Shown here in pieces: positions 12,345-24,307 of a DNA stretch of 60,217 bases. Source of the DNA: Carcharhinus longimanus (taxonomy: Eukaryota); the NCBI GenBank assembly GCA_030264375.1, contig JASCQW010000027.1:58276829-58337045 (forward strand). The letters run 5' to 3'. The first letter of the stretch is position 1. Every line of letters starts with the position of its first letter. The notes below the pieces were generated by a model. It was not told where the DNA came from, did no database searches, and saw only the letters and a list, made by a program, of their open reading frames with translations. The position numbers were made by a program, and so were the translations under genes.

Positions 12345-13450
12345 ATGAAAAAAATTGGAAGTGCCGAAAAAGCAAGAAAATGGAAGAGAATCTCGCTGGC
12401 TTTTTGGGTGAACTGAATGTTGCAATCTGATGGCACTTAGTGCAAAAAAAGCACCAGGATGTGATTCTTGCCAGTGGGGGTGGGGCAGAGTCTGAACTCA
12501 CTTAACTCTGGAGGTGCCATTGCAATGTACTAGGAGGTCTCTGTAAACCTCCTCACCCCCCTCAAAATGGACATCAAAACCCTCCCTCTGCCACTGTCAT
12601 TTGCGCCCTGCACCTGTCCACCCCCACCTGTGCCACAGACATCAGATGCCACCCCCCCACCTACTGATTGACACTGACTGCAGAGTTCTTCCCCTCCCCC
12701 TGCTGATCGCCCCCAACTGCAGAGTTCTCCCTTCCATCCACAATCGCCCCCATCTGCAGTGTTCCTCACCCCCCACCAATTGCAGATTTCCCTCCCTCTC
12801 ACCCCAATCGCCACCACTGCAGAGTTCCTTCCCTCTCTCCCTGATTGCCACTCCAGCACAATTCAGAGTTCCTGCCCTCCCACTCCTCTGAAGCTCCCCT
12901 TCCACATGCTGCTCCTGCACCACCACCAGCCCCCCCCCCACCCCATCCCACCACTGACTCACCCCAGCTCTGGCTTTGCCCCTCTCAGGCCCTACACTGC
13001 TGGTACAGTTATGGTGCCTGGTGTGCAGTGCAAGGGTGCCCAGTGAGTAGTTCCATGGTTCCTGGTGGGCAGTGCCAAGTGGACACTGCCCCATGGGCAT
13101 TGCCTGGCCCTGTCCCCAACCATCCAGGGACTTAAATGGCCTTCAACCGACATGGTGAGGACATCACTTTTTTTTCTCCCGCTGATGGAGACCATACGTG
13201 CTTCTCAGTGGAAGAGCCTTGACTGACGAGGTGGTTAAGGTAAGTGAGCCTAGATGATGGTGTTGTCATGGCGGCGCAACATCGAGGGCCAAAGGGCCTG
13301 TACTGCACTGTAATGTTCAATGTTCTATAACTGATGCATACTCGAGCAAGCCAGAGGATATTATCACGAGTTATACTACATCTGAGCAAACCACTGAAAA
13401 TCTTGACAAATTTTTTGCAGATTTGGTAAACTAGAACAGATTCACCTCAA
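12345..13450. mobile_element. Non-autonomous DNA-transposon-like element (Harbinger-type), GC-rich
   Basis: Architecture resembles 44348-45192 (AT-rich subterminal ends, C-rich interior with 'gggcagtgcca' motifs). Contains a CR1 tail at ~13265-13328. Confidence 0.45.
12676..12890. repeat. Degenerate ~35-40-bp C-rich minisatellite
   Basis: About 6 units beginning (c)tgcagagttc...ccc...atcgccc at ~12678, 12717, 12754, 12781, 12817 and 12862. Confidence 0.8.
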
Positions 13451-14422
13451 AGTATATTGTATTCAAGCATATAAAATTTGTACCCTATCATCCATCAACC
13501 AAATCAGTTAGGTGATTGTACATTTGCTCAGGACCTTAAAATTTTCGTCTAATCCTGTTGCTGAGGCTACTGACATGAGTATTTCATTTGCCTCTGAACT
13601 GCTGCAGCTTTTATTTATTCTTGAAATATATCTATTGCATCTCATTTATTTATAAGATGTATATATAAAGATTTAAACTGTCCGATCCTTGAAACATTCT
13701 TTAAGAGCTCCAAGAGAGCAAGGTTCATTATCAAATCATTTGAAGAATTTTTTAGTAGCTTATAGAAACACTACTCATGCTACCCAAAGTTCACTGCCAT
13801 TACTACTCAAAGAGAAAGTTGAGAACTACATTTAATTTGTTTTTACCTCCAGAAACTTCACAGATAGTACAGCATCAACAATAATCCAAAGTTGCTAGGT
13901 GAAACGTGCAGGCAAAACAAATCTCATTTCAATAAGGAGATTGATTGTTAGCATGTAATTATGAGATGAGTGAGAAATAGGTACCACCATATTTTAGCAA
14001 AAATAGATCCAATTTCTTACATGGTTCAAACTAAAAATGAACTCATTTGGTGAAGCCTGCTGACCAAACGTTACCTTGAAATTATTTCTCTGAATCATCT
14101 CCAGAGATACCAACTTCTTTAGTTCCTACCGTTACGAATACTATTATGGAAGAGTTGCCTAATGATTGTGTCTTAGCTATTAATTGTGTAAGAATAATGC
14201 AGAATTGGTTTCAATAGAAGAATGAAGTTCCAAATCATGCTTCTAGGGTTGAGGACAGCTGAATTCTAGAACACTGTATACACCCAAAAAGGAATAGAGG
14301 TCCTCCTGATTGACTTTCTTATTGACTGTCCAGAATGATTAATTATGCATAGTGTTGTGTCTAGAATATTATTGATCCTATCTGTAACATCGTAATAATT
14401 CGTTATCATGACCACAGGAGGG

Positions 14423-14622
14423 GTAGGGATGTTATATATTTAAATAGTTGCATGTTGCTTTAAGAAATGGTCAGATGATTTAATGGTGATGTCATTATTG
14501 CAGAGGCTACAGTTTTACTTCCAGTTTGTACTCTGTACAGGCAAGAGGATTGAGAATAAACCTTGAATCTATGTGTGCTAACCACAGCTTTTCTTCTTGT
14601 TTAAAACCCACAATCCCTAACA
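14423..14622 (+). mobile_element. Possible short solo LTR
   Basis: Inverted ends g-tagggat ... atccctaaca and an AATAAA at ~14555. Confidence 0.3.
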
Positions 14623-15619
14623 TAGGACATTACAAGAACCTTTCCAAATTGATGGAATTTTAGCAAATTAAAACCAATGCATTATCTAAGGCATTAACCA
14701 CTTATTTCAAGACCATAGGCTGAAGGCCACCTGGACCTTTGGTTGAAGTAGGCCAAGCTGTAGAGAAATAATTGGATCATGGCATGCAGATGATATTCAA
14801 TCCTTTTAAAAAATGCACATTCGATCATTAGTTATATTCCCACTATAAATCCATATGTCCATATTTATAATGGAAACTGTATAAACAAATGTGTTATGGA
14901 TAAAGTTGATAGGGAAATCATACAAGTGAAACATGTACATTATACCTTTTAAAAAAAGCTGAGTGAGTTGCAATATTCTCTCAAAATGCCAGTTTGTGAC
15001 AATGTGAAAACATATCATAAAATTGTCAACAATTACTTGATGTAGTTACGCATACAGTTCTATGACTGAGATTTTCAACTTAAAATGTCACCAATAAAAT
15101 ATAACAGCAAATTTAAGGTACAGAATTCTGAATGAGTCTGTGTGTAGTTCACAACTGGATGTCAAGTAACATAGCCAAAATCTTGGAGATGCCTTTGTAT
15201 CAATCATGTTGGTATAGACAAATAAAGGAGAAAACGAAGAACTTTCACACATGAATTTAAATCTATTCTTAAATTTTTTTTCATTCTTGGAATTCTCATT
15301 CCCAGCTACTTTCCCTCCTAGTCATTTGGTCATGTTTCAGCCGCATTCAACAACTATCACACTATGTAGCCTTGACCAAGCCATGTCCGATATCTTGAGA
15401 ATTGCTGCTTCTGCTGGCATTCATGTACCAGGCCAACTTGATCGCCCTGTATCGTAGAGTTCTGCAATCTCTCTCTTTTAGGCAAATACTATTTTTCTAT
15501 TCTTCCTGTATAAGTGGACAAATTCACAATTCCCCATATAATACTTCACATGCCAATTTTTTCCCACTCATTTATCACTATCCATTTACAGATTCCTTGG
15601 CCTACATTTTCACCAAATT

Positions 15620-16831
15620 GAGATGACTAAGGAGCCCTTTAAAAATGGAGGTATACTCCCATTTTGGGATTCTCAACCCCAATCATGGGCTGAGAGTGTT
15701 TTAGGAGTGCCTTTTAAGGGTGCTGGCTAGTTTGGGTCATGAGCCCAGACTCTGCACTCCTGACCTTGCTGGCTCCATTGTGAGATAGGTATGTCCTAGT
15801 TCTCAAAGGTGTCAGGAACCCTAGCCTACACAAGGAGACATTTAAAAAGGTGAGTTCAATGGATCCACTTCATGATCCCTATGCCAAACTATGTTCCCAC
15901 CCACTTCTATGATTCCTCATACCCTCATGTCAAGCCATGTTTCCCAAGCATCTCCCCATGGTCCAATGTCAAAATATATGCCTCCTCCACTGCATGGCCC
16001 TTATGCCCTCCATGCCAAGCAATGGCCCTATAGCCAGCCCCATGGACCCTTATGCCTCCTCAGCCAATTACATGCTCATTGCTTCCATACAGTGTAAAGC
16101 CAATGAACCCAATATTGACAATAGGGTGTGTTTTTAAAAAAGCCATTCATTCATTACCTTCCAGTGTGTTAAAATACAGACTACACTACACTACAGACTA
16201 ATTAAAGGTTTTCGATGAATGACACCTTTAAGTTTCACTCATAGAAACTACAGGCACTTGAAACTTCTTAAACTTGTGTAACTAAACATTGTGAAATTGA
16301 CAGGAGAAATCAGGGAGCCCCAGTTCTAAATGAAGCAGCTTTGAGGCTCAGGTGTTTCACCATAATAATCAAATGCATGGGCTCTCAACTAAGCCTCATT
16401 ACATAATTTATTGGGGGTGGGAGGGCTATATCGTACCTTCAGAGCATGAGTGGTGGATGAGCGGAGGCCATACCTTGGCATTGATGACATGAGGGGCCAA
16501 AGGGGGTGGGTGGGAAGCAGAGCCTGACATAGGAGGTGCATGAGCTGGCACAAATGGGAAGTGTGCAGGGGCGAGGGGGTGAAGGCTGGAGGGCTTGTTT
16601 TTACTTTCACATGGGCAAATTGCCACAGCACAGAGGTGCATATTTTAAACAGCCCATTTCGGTATTAGATCGCCTGTGTTTACTTCCCACCTCTTTCCTT
16701 AGTCAGCTGTATGACTGTAGCCCACATGCACCACTCCAGCAATTATGATCCTCTCTTTATGACAGCCAAACAGGGCAAGGCTGAAATTTTTCCGACACTC
16801 ACTACCCACCTCGGTATTGAAAATCCAGGCC
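15620..16831. mobile_element. Non-autonomous Harbinger-like element remnant
   Basis: Ends in 'gaaaatccaggccc', the same terminal style as 39636-39647 and 45178-45191. Interior has opposed CCATG-rich and GGCATG-rich arms. Confidence 0.35.
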
Positions 16832-17733
16832 CTTATGTCTGATCAAGCTTTTCATTTTAAGTATCCCCAACATTGCTACATTGCTTCCCAACCTAGAAAT
16901 GTCAGTCCGCAGTTTCAAAATTCTATTTCCATTGAATTTCTTGCTGGCTCAGTTTGTTCCTGGATTTTCAATAGGTTTCTTTATGTTTCTCTTTAAGGTC
17001 AATGTTTTAAAATTGTGTTTTACATAGCTTTTCTACTTTGTTTTGAATGCTTCCATTTCCTTTCTTTTCTCTGCCAGGCCCACACTGCTCCTAACAATAG
17101 GAGTGACCAAGGATGGAACCTTGGGCATGTCAGATGTGCTTGTGCAGGCATAAGGATACGAGTTAGTGCAACAATTACAGCAGGGCAGATAGGAATGGAT
17201 ACAAGATAAAACATCGCTGCGGAGCTGGACCACTCAATGGAAAAGTCAATAGAGGAGATTGAGTTTATTGAATATAGTAGAGCGCTAGGAAGATATTATA
17301 CAGGGGTTATAATCACAAGGATGTTCCTGGAAACTCTGACCATTCTCAGTGTATTCTCAATGGTTTCAAACTGAATATGGAATAACAGGCAAACAGAGAA
17401 CTAGATAACAATACTAAAGGAAAGACAACTTAGAGAGATAGAGGAAGAAGTCAAGAGTAGAATTTTAAAGAAAATAATGATCACAGTAGTTTTGTGAGGG
17501 AGTAGGAGAAACATCAATTGTTATAATTATGACTTCTATAAGATTTTTATGTTTTGGAATTGTCTCTTTAATTTAGGGTGATATGAATTGTGGCCTGTTC
17601 TGAAGTCTGCCTGACAACAGACCTGGGTGGTTCAGCTACTAAAAGTTAAAAAGGGAGGCCCAGCTGGTTTTGTTGAAATGGAAGTACAAGGTGTTACATG
17701 TGCAAACTATAGCATAAGCATCAGTGTTTACAA

Positions 17734-18015
17734 CAGAATTCCCACAGTACAAAAGGAGGCCATTCAGCCCATTGAGTCTGCACTAACCACAATTCCACCC
17801 AGACCCTAATCCCGTAACCCCGCACATTTACCCTGCTAATCCCGTGACACTAGGGTCAATTTAGCATGGCCAATTGACCTAACTTTTGACTGTAGGAGGA
17901 AACTGATGCAGATACGGGGAGAACGTGAAAACTCCATGTAGACAGTCACCTGAGGCCAGAATTGAACCTGGGTTCCTGGTGCTGAGAGGCAGCAGTGCTT
18001 ACCACTGTGCCACCC
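17734..18015 (-). mobile_element. HE1-type V-SINE (family A)
   Basis: Reverse complement of the 6187-6509 element with a small internal deletion. Confidence 0.9.
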
Positions 18016-18527
18016 AATAGTCAGACTGGTAGTCTCTGAAGTCCCAGGAATGTGTAGAGCATATCAGGGTGTTATCAGCTATGCTGTAAATTGTACATTT
18101 ACTTCCAAGAAAGTTGAAGTCACAGATACAGCTAATCAGCATTTCTACCTGGGTACAAAGTGCTTCACACTGCCATGGAGATGGACTTCAAAAGGGGAGT
18201 GATTCTAAAATATTCCTCAAACTCTCAGACAGACAGTCTGCCGGGATGTGGAAGAGAGGTAACAGCTAGAGTCTGAAAGTCCCATTGGCTCACTGCACAG
18301 GAATGCAGGTGGGAAATCTCACTCAGATTAAAAAGATCAAATTCGTAAGTATATCAAATGAGGCTAAAAGATCATTTGCGCGACAGGGAATTCTACAGAA
18401 CAAATTTTCATTGTAACATTTGTTTAGGGGCTAAAAGTTACCAAGCTGGAAAAGTAATTGAACGGAAGTAAATCCCTAAGGGCCAAAAATCATTTGGAAA
18501 TTGAAATAAATAATTGGAGTAACTACT

Positions 18528-18833
18528 GGGCAGCATGGTGGCACAATGGTTAGCACTGCTGCTTCACAGTGTCAGGGACCCAGGTTCAATTCCTCACTTG
18601 GCTCATTGTGCAGACTCCACACAGACAATCTCCCCGTGCTTGCGTGGGTTTCCTCCAGGTGCTTCAGTTTCTTCCCACAGTCCAAAAGACGTGCTAGTTA
18701 GGTGCACTGGCCATGTTAAATTCTCCCTCAGTGTACCTGAACAGGTACCGGAGTGTGGTGACAAAGGGATTTTCACAGTAATTTCATGGCAGTGTTAATG
18801 TAAGCCTACTTGCGACACTAATAAATAAACTTT
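18528..18833 (+). mobile_element. V-SINE family B (HE1 head and core, different tail)
   Basis: Head tggcacaatggttagc...ggttcaattcc. Tail 'ttcacagtaatttcatggcagtgttaatgtaagcctacttgcgacactaataaataaac'. Confidence 0.9.
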
Positions 18834-19190
18834 ACTTAAGGGACAGTGTAGAGTAGACCTGTGAAATTGGTTTTTGGATTGTTAAAGGGGAAGTTTTGTT
18901 CTTTTGTTTAAAGAAGTCAGAGGTGCTTTTAGTCTCTTTACATTCAAACATACAGATTAAGAGAGGAGTAGGCTACTGCTCTGCCATTGAATAAGAACAT
19001 GGCTGATCTGATTTTAACTTCAACTTCGCATTTCTGCATACCCCTGATGAGCTCTGACTGCATTGCTTATCAAGAATCTATCTACTCTTGCCTTAAATAT
19101 ATTAAAAGACTCTACCTAAACCACACCTGAGGAAGTGAATTCCAAAACCCTCAGAGAATGTTTTTCCTCATCTCTGTCTTAAACAGGCAG

Positions 19191-19992
19191 GATGTGGAGA
19201 TGCCAGCGTTGGACTGGGGTAAACACACTAAGAAGTCTGACAACACCAGGTTCAAGTCCAGCCGATTTATTTGATATTAAACTCAAGCTTTCGAGGTTTG
19301 CCTCTTCGTCAGGTGAATGGAGTTCTGGCCTCAGACAGAGCATAAAACAGCACAGACAGTTTACAGATTACTGATTAGAATGCGAATCTTTACACCTAAC
19401 CNNNNNNNNNNNNNNNNNNNNNNNNNNNNNNNNNNNNNNNNNNNNNNNNNNNNNNNNNNNNNNNNNNNNNNNNNNNNNNNNNNNNNNNNNNNNNNNNNNN
19501 NNNNNNNNNNNNNNNNNNNNNNNNNNNNNNNNNNNNNNNNNNNNNNNNNNNNNNNNNNNNNNNNNNNNNNNNNNNNNNNNNNNNNNNNNNNNNNNNNNNN
19601 NNNNNNNNNNNNNNNNNNNNNNNNNNNNNNNNNNNNNNNNNNNNNNNNNNNNNNNNNNNNNNNNNNNNNNNNNNNNNNNNNNNNNNNNNNNNNNNNNNNN
19701 NNNNNNNNNNNNNNNNNNNNNNNNNNNNNNNNNNNNNNNNNNNNNNNNNNNNNNNNNNNNNNNNNNNNNNNNNNNNNNNNNNNNNNNNNNNNNNNNNNNN
19801 NNNNNNNNNNNNNNNNNNNNNNNNNNNNNNNNNNNNNNNNNNNNNNNNNNNNNNNNNNNNNNATGAGGTTTTTCAAACCCAGGCAAGTCATAGGGGTTAC
19901 AGATAATGTGACATGAACCCAAAATCCCTGTTGAAACTGTCCTCGTGTGTGCGGAACTTGGAGAGACTGATAGTGTTGTCAGACTTCTTACT
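19191..19992 (-). mobile_element. Penelope-like element (3' end plus pseudo-LTR, gapped)
   Basis: Minus strand 19900-19960 reads KFRTHEDSFNRDFGFMSHYL*, a PLE GIY-YIG C-terminus. Inverted terminal copy: taagaagtctgacaacac (~19229) and gtgttgtcagacttctta (~19972). TSD-like gcag on both sides. Confidence 0.8.
19282..19315 (-). ncRNA. Minimal hammerhead ribozyme core (PLE-associated)
   Basis: Minus strand: CAC CUGACGA A GAGG-CAAA-CCUC GAAA GC UU GAG. Both catalytic boxes are intact, stem II is a perfect 4 bp, stem III is the palindrome AGCU, and stem I has one mismatch. Confidence 0.7.
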
Positions 19993-20094
19993 AGCAGCCC
20001 TTTATTTTTAAACAATGGCCCCTAGTTTTAGATTTTCCCACAAGAGGAAATATTCTTTCCATAACCAACCTGTCAATTCCCCACAGGGTCTTAT

Positions 20095-20390
20095 GGTTGA
20101 TTATAAAGAGCCAGTATGGATTTCCAAAAGGGAAATAGTGTTTAACTAATTTGCTGGAGTTTTATGTGGAGGTAACAGAAAGGTTTGATGAGGGTAATGC
20201 TGTCAATGTGTTGTATATGGACTTTCAGAGTACATTTGATACTGTGCCACATGAAAAGACCTGTGAGAAAAGTTATAGTTCATGGAATGAAAGAGACAGT
20301 AGCAATGTGGATACAGAATTGATTGAATAATAGATATGTTTGGACCGGAGGAAGGTTTGTAATGGTGTTCCCCAAGGTTCTCTATTGTGG
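20095..20390 (+). mobile_element. CR1 RT fragment
   Basis: Reads 'SQYGF.KGK.CLTNLLEF..EVT..FDEGNAVNVLYMDFQ..FDTVPH'. Confidence 0.85.
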
Positions 20391-20649
20391 CAGGAAACAG
20401 AGGTAGCTTTAAGTAATCTATATCTGTGGGTATTAGAATTAAGGTACAAGTTAAGGCTTAATTTGTGTTTCTGTAATTCTGTGTAAGGAAAGGTTGAAAA
20501 TTTATTAGCTTCATGTTAAACAAAGGTGCTGGCATGTCTGGGGGTTTTGATAATTTTAATTGAGAGTGCATTGTAATTAAACAGTTTACAGCATGAAAAC
20601 ACACACGGCTTAAAGAAAGATTAGGCTGTTGCTTAGTAACCTTTACAGG

Positions 20650-21540
20650 ATGGCACAGAAATATCAGCGTCACCCGCAAGTCGGCCAGGGCCCTCCAGGT
20701 CTCGGCTGCCCCAGGGGATGCCTCCCAAGGGCATCACAGGCAACGGGATATGGATCACAGCTGGACACTTCCACCTCTGATGTGCATCCTGGGGGAGCAC
20801 CAAGATGAAGCAGTAGGCCGCACAAGATTAGAAAGTTGTAGTGTCACTAAGAGAGCACAGGTGAAAGTCACCAGCAATCAGGTTAAGTTTTGGTTAATGT
20901 TAACAGCACTATTAAACGTTATTTGCACCTCACAGGTGTGATTAATCTGTCTCAGATTCTCCCCTGCATCCTCCGGACCCTTAATCAAACACCACTCCGA
21001 CATTTCACCTCCATCTTCACCACCCCCCTCCTCGCCCCCACCCACCCACCCCAACTGGCCCAGGTGCCAACGTGCACTCGGAGAACAGGTAGGAGTCAGA
21101 CTTGAGTGTCACCGGGGCAGGATCACAGTGTGCTTTACAGTGAGTTGTCATCATCCTCCAGCCTTCAACAAAGGCTACCATGGCCAGCCCAGGTTCATTA
21201 ACATGTTGTGCTATTTCTTGAAGTTGGGTGGGTGCAGCCTGACCAGCACTCAGTAAAGGACCCCACCCCAATGAAACATCCCAGTGGCAGCAGACAGCAG
21301 CCAGACCAGCAAAGGACCCCACCCCACCCCACAGAGATGGCATGGAACATCCTTGGGCTGGGGAACAGCACTTCCAACTCTCCAGGAACTTCCTCACGCC
21401 AAGCAGAAACTTTCCTGGCACTGCCTCCAACCTCCCCTGCAGTCTGGAAGCTGCAGCTCTACAACACTTACCTCCTGACTACTGTTCAACGCTGCCACAC
21501 CAGGTCCCGACTTTTATGGTGTTGTTGTAAACCGTGCACG
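20650..21540. mobile_element. Harbinger remnant (3' ends of the Myb-like and transposase regions)
   Basis: The segment 'ccagggccctccaggtctcggctgccccaggggatgcctcccaagggcatc' is shared with 34280-34330. The region is GC-rich. Confidence 0.4.
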
Positions 21541-21589
21541 ACGTTATATCGTAAAGGAGGGAGACATTATAGATAGGATGGAGATTCTA

Positions 21590-23620
21590 GTCGCAGACCC
21601 GCTAATAGCATGCTAAGGTATATTAATGGATGCAAATTGCCATTACGCTGATCTTCATTTGGATCCATCCATGTGAAAATACTTCGACAGGGAGCCACAG
21701 ACAATTGTAATTGGATCCTCCCCTCCCCACTGCAAGTTTCTCTCCAGCCCTGAGCAGATACCACAAACACTGGCACTGGGGCAGGCAACACATCTGGTGA
21801 CTTTGAGAGGCCAGATTCCGTGAATCGGACACTGCTGATGTTTCCTGGCCTACAAAAGCAGTGCAGTGGGATGAGACAATCACCCTTCACATTTGTTAAC
21901 ATCTGATCCCTTGTCCCCACTATTTATTTCAAAACCTCTCTTTTTCCCTATTATGCTGGTTACAACATGGTTCAGGTACAGACCAACAATACAGCCCCCA
22001 TTTTCCACAGTAATGATGCCGGTGTCCCACAAACCAAAACCCACTTATCCCTCACCAGCCTCTGAGCCATGTATTCATCTTTTCAATTTTATGCACCAAA
22101 TGCCATTTTGAATATGGCTCAGGTAATAATCCAGTAAGTTTATTAGTCACAAATAAGCTTACCTACACACTGCAATTAAGTTACTGTGAAACTCCCTAGT
22201 TGCCTCACTCCGTACCTGTTTGGGTACACTGAGGGAGAATTTAGCATGGCCGATACACCTAAAATGCACATCTTTGGACTTAGAGAGAAAACAGGAGCAA
22301 CCGAGGAAACCCACGCAGACGTGGGAGAATGTGCAAACTCCACACAGACAGTGACCCAAGCCAGGAAATGAACCCGAGACCCTGGCGCTGGGAGGCAGCA
22401 ATGTTAACCACTGCCCCACTGTGGTTACAATGAATGTAACCTTTGACACTCTGCTTTTTAATTTAGTGCCTAGCTCTTCATATTTTCTATGCAGATGTCT
22501 TTGGTACCTACATGGACATTGATAATTGGGTCCCCCTCCTCCCACTGCAAGTTCCTCTCCAGCCTTGGCAGATACCATGAACACTGGCACTGGGGCAGGC
22601 AACACATCTGGAGCCTTGCTTTTTGCAGCACAGAGCTGTGTCAATCCCCCTCACTTTGGTGTTCTCCATTATCAACTAACAGCACCTGCTCTCATCCAAA
22701 CAAGTTAAGAGAACCTCAAACTTATTAGATAATTGCAGCAGCTGACACTCCTGTCCTCTGGATCCCCTTACACACCTCCCTCACAGTCACATGCTGATCA
22801 AACCAGAAGACCATATTCTAACTGGTGTGACTGCCTTTTGGTATAAAGAATACAGGTAACTTTCCCCTGCCTAATGTGTTATAGTGTTTGCAGCTCAGCC
22901 TCCAGCTCAATGACTCTGAGCGGAAGTTCTTCAAGCTGCAAACATTTGCTATAAGTGTTTGCCCTGGATCACACTGGCATCTTGGAGCTCTCACACGCTG
23001 CAGCCTCAACACATCACCTGTCATGTCCAATTAAAATGTGTTTTAATTGCTTATTTAATTATATTATTCACTTACTTGTGTTACTTTTTCATATACTTCA
23101 TTAACTTTAACACTAGTTTGTACACCATTTGCAACAGATCTTAACCCCTTACCAGATACTCACCAATCAGCTAACTCTTTTCCCTGCAGCAGAGTGAGAA
23201 CCAAGTTCATAGAGGGTGAAAAAGGTTGAAAAAGCTAAAGGAAACAAACACCTCCATCCCCTTCTAAATCACCCATTCAGCAACCTCTCAGGTATGCATT
23301 AAGTTCTGCACTTACACTCGTTTGCACTAAAGATTCCTGAATTTATAGAAAACTGAACTGAGGTTAGAGAAGTGAGAATCAACCAGTTATCTAATCAACT
23401 ATTCAAATCTCTCAACAGAATGTGTTTACCTGTCTAACGCTGGAAGAAAGAAAGAAACATTGTGTACTTATATAGCACTTTACAGTTATTACTAATTACA
23501 AATGAGGCCAAATTTATAAGAACAAGTTAAAAATATAAACTCCCCTGCTCACCAAACTCTCAGGTATGTACTCAGTTCCTCAGCTGCATCTGTTTGCTAA
23601 AGCTGTATAAAAGAATCGTA
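21590..23620 (-). mobile_element. CR1 5' region remnants (ORF1 Zn-finger/esterase and 5' UTR), two partly duplicated copies
   Basis: Reads 'HRKYEELGTKLKSRVSKV' (ORF1 esterase-like), with a Cys-rich N-terminus at 22900-23030. An ~85-bp block is duplicated at 21711-21797 and 22527-22611. Confidence 0.6.
22136..22422 (-). mobile_element. V-SINE family B
   Basis: Reverse complement of 18528-18833. Confidence 0.9.
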
Positions 23621-23981
23621 ATAGTACAATAAAAGTTCTAAACTGAAATCAATTGTGTCATCCTTTTAGCTATCAACTGGAAGTTTGGATTTCTATTTTT
23701 AAAGTTAACAGCATCTACAGACATCATAACAGAATGGAAAGGTAGCTAGTTATGTCTGTGAAGGATTCAAGGAAGGTGCAGTCTGTTGCTTGGAGATGAA
23801 TCTTAATGAGGACTAAATGCAGAAGAGCTGAGTCAGGCAGAAGGAACAGCAGAAGAAGAGGAATAAGGTAGCAGATATTATCAATGCTGGAGTCAGCAGT
23901 GGTCAGTAAAATATGTACACATCATTTCATTTGAAGTAAGGAAACTACAAATCAAACAGAAGAAAACAATAATTTTCTAAC

Positions 23982-24090
23982 CTTCTGCAAAGCTCTTTGA
24001 GGTAAAATCCGTTCTGATGGTCCCCCTATCAGATTCATGCGGACAAGTATATGATTCCTCTCCACTGAGAGACCATCAATTATGAAATCT
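23982..24090 (-). CDS. TBC1D32: TBC1D32 internal exon 8 (109 bp, phase 2-0)
   Basis: tatttcag|A ... AAG|gttaga. Encodes [36 protein letters not shown], with the conserved '[13 protein letters not shown]' motif. Confidence 0.95.
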
Positions 24091-24184
24091 CTGAAATACA
24101 TAATCATAATTACCCAGGGAAAAAAAGTAGCTTTTTTTTCAATATAAATGATATGGAATGTTACGAGTACGACCAGTTCCTTAC

Positions 24185-24307
24185 CCTGGATTTTCTAAGT
24201 TTTCTCTAACATTTTCTTTCTGTGCATTTAAGAGAATTTCTGATACATGGTACTGGGATTCTAGAAGTAGAAGAATATCCAGATTGCAGCACATAACATT
24301 CAGTAGC
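24185..24307 (-). CDS. TBC1D32: TBC1D32 internal exon 7 (123 bp, phase 2-2)
   Basis: tttcctctag|G ... GG|gtaagg. Encodes [40 protein letters not shown](G). Confidence 0.95.

Larger units (their letters stand above)
18945..20095 (-). mobile_element. CR1 3' fragment split by a Penelope-like element
   Basis: Halves rejoin as 'tcctcatctctgtcttaaacaggcag|...|agcagccccttattttt'. Confidence 0.7.
17519..23731 (+). mobile_element. LTR-like shell expanded to 6.2 kb by nested insertions
   Basis: Termini TGTTATA...CATAACA, flanks caat/gaat (4-bp TSD, 1 mismatch), AATAAA at ~23628. Contains SINE, CR1, PLE and Harbinger pieces. Confidence 0.5.

Noticed and set aside
12530-13195. Cluster of overlapping Pro/Gly-rich ORFs
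   Set aside because: They are a by-product of a stop-poor C-rich minisatellite inside a transposon remnant.
19317-20015. Long ORFs in the track that span N runs (also 4971-5432, 8088-8685, 28584-29033, 34874-35464, 43348-43753, 57649-57980)
   Set aside because: Their length is an artefact of gaps translated as X.
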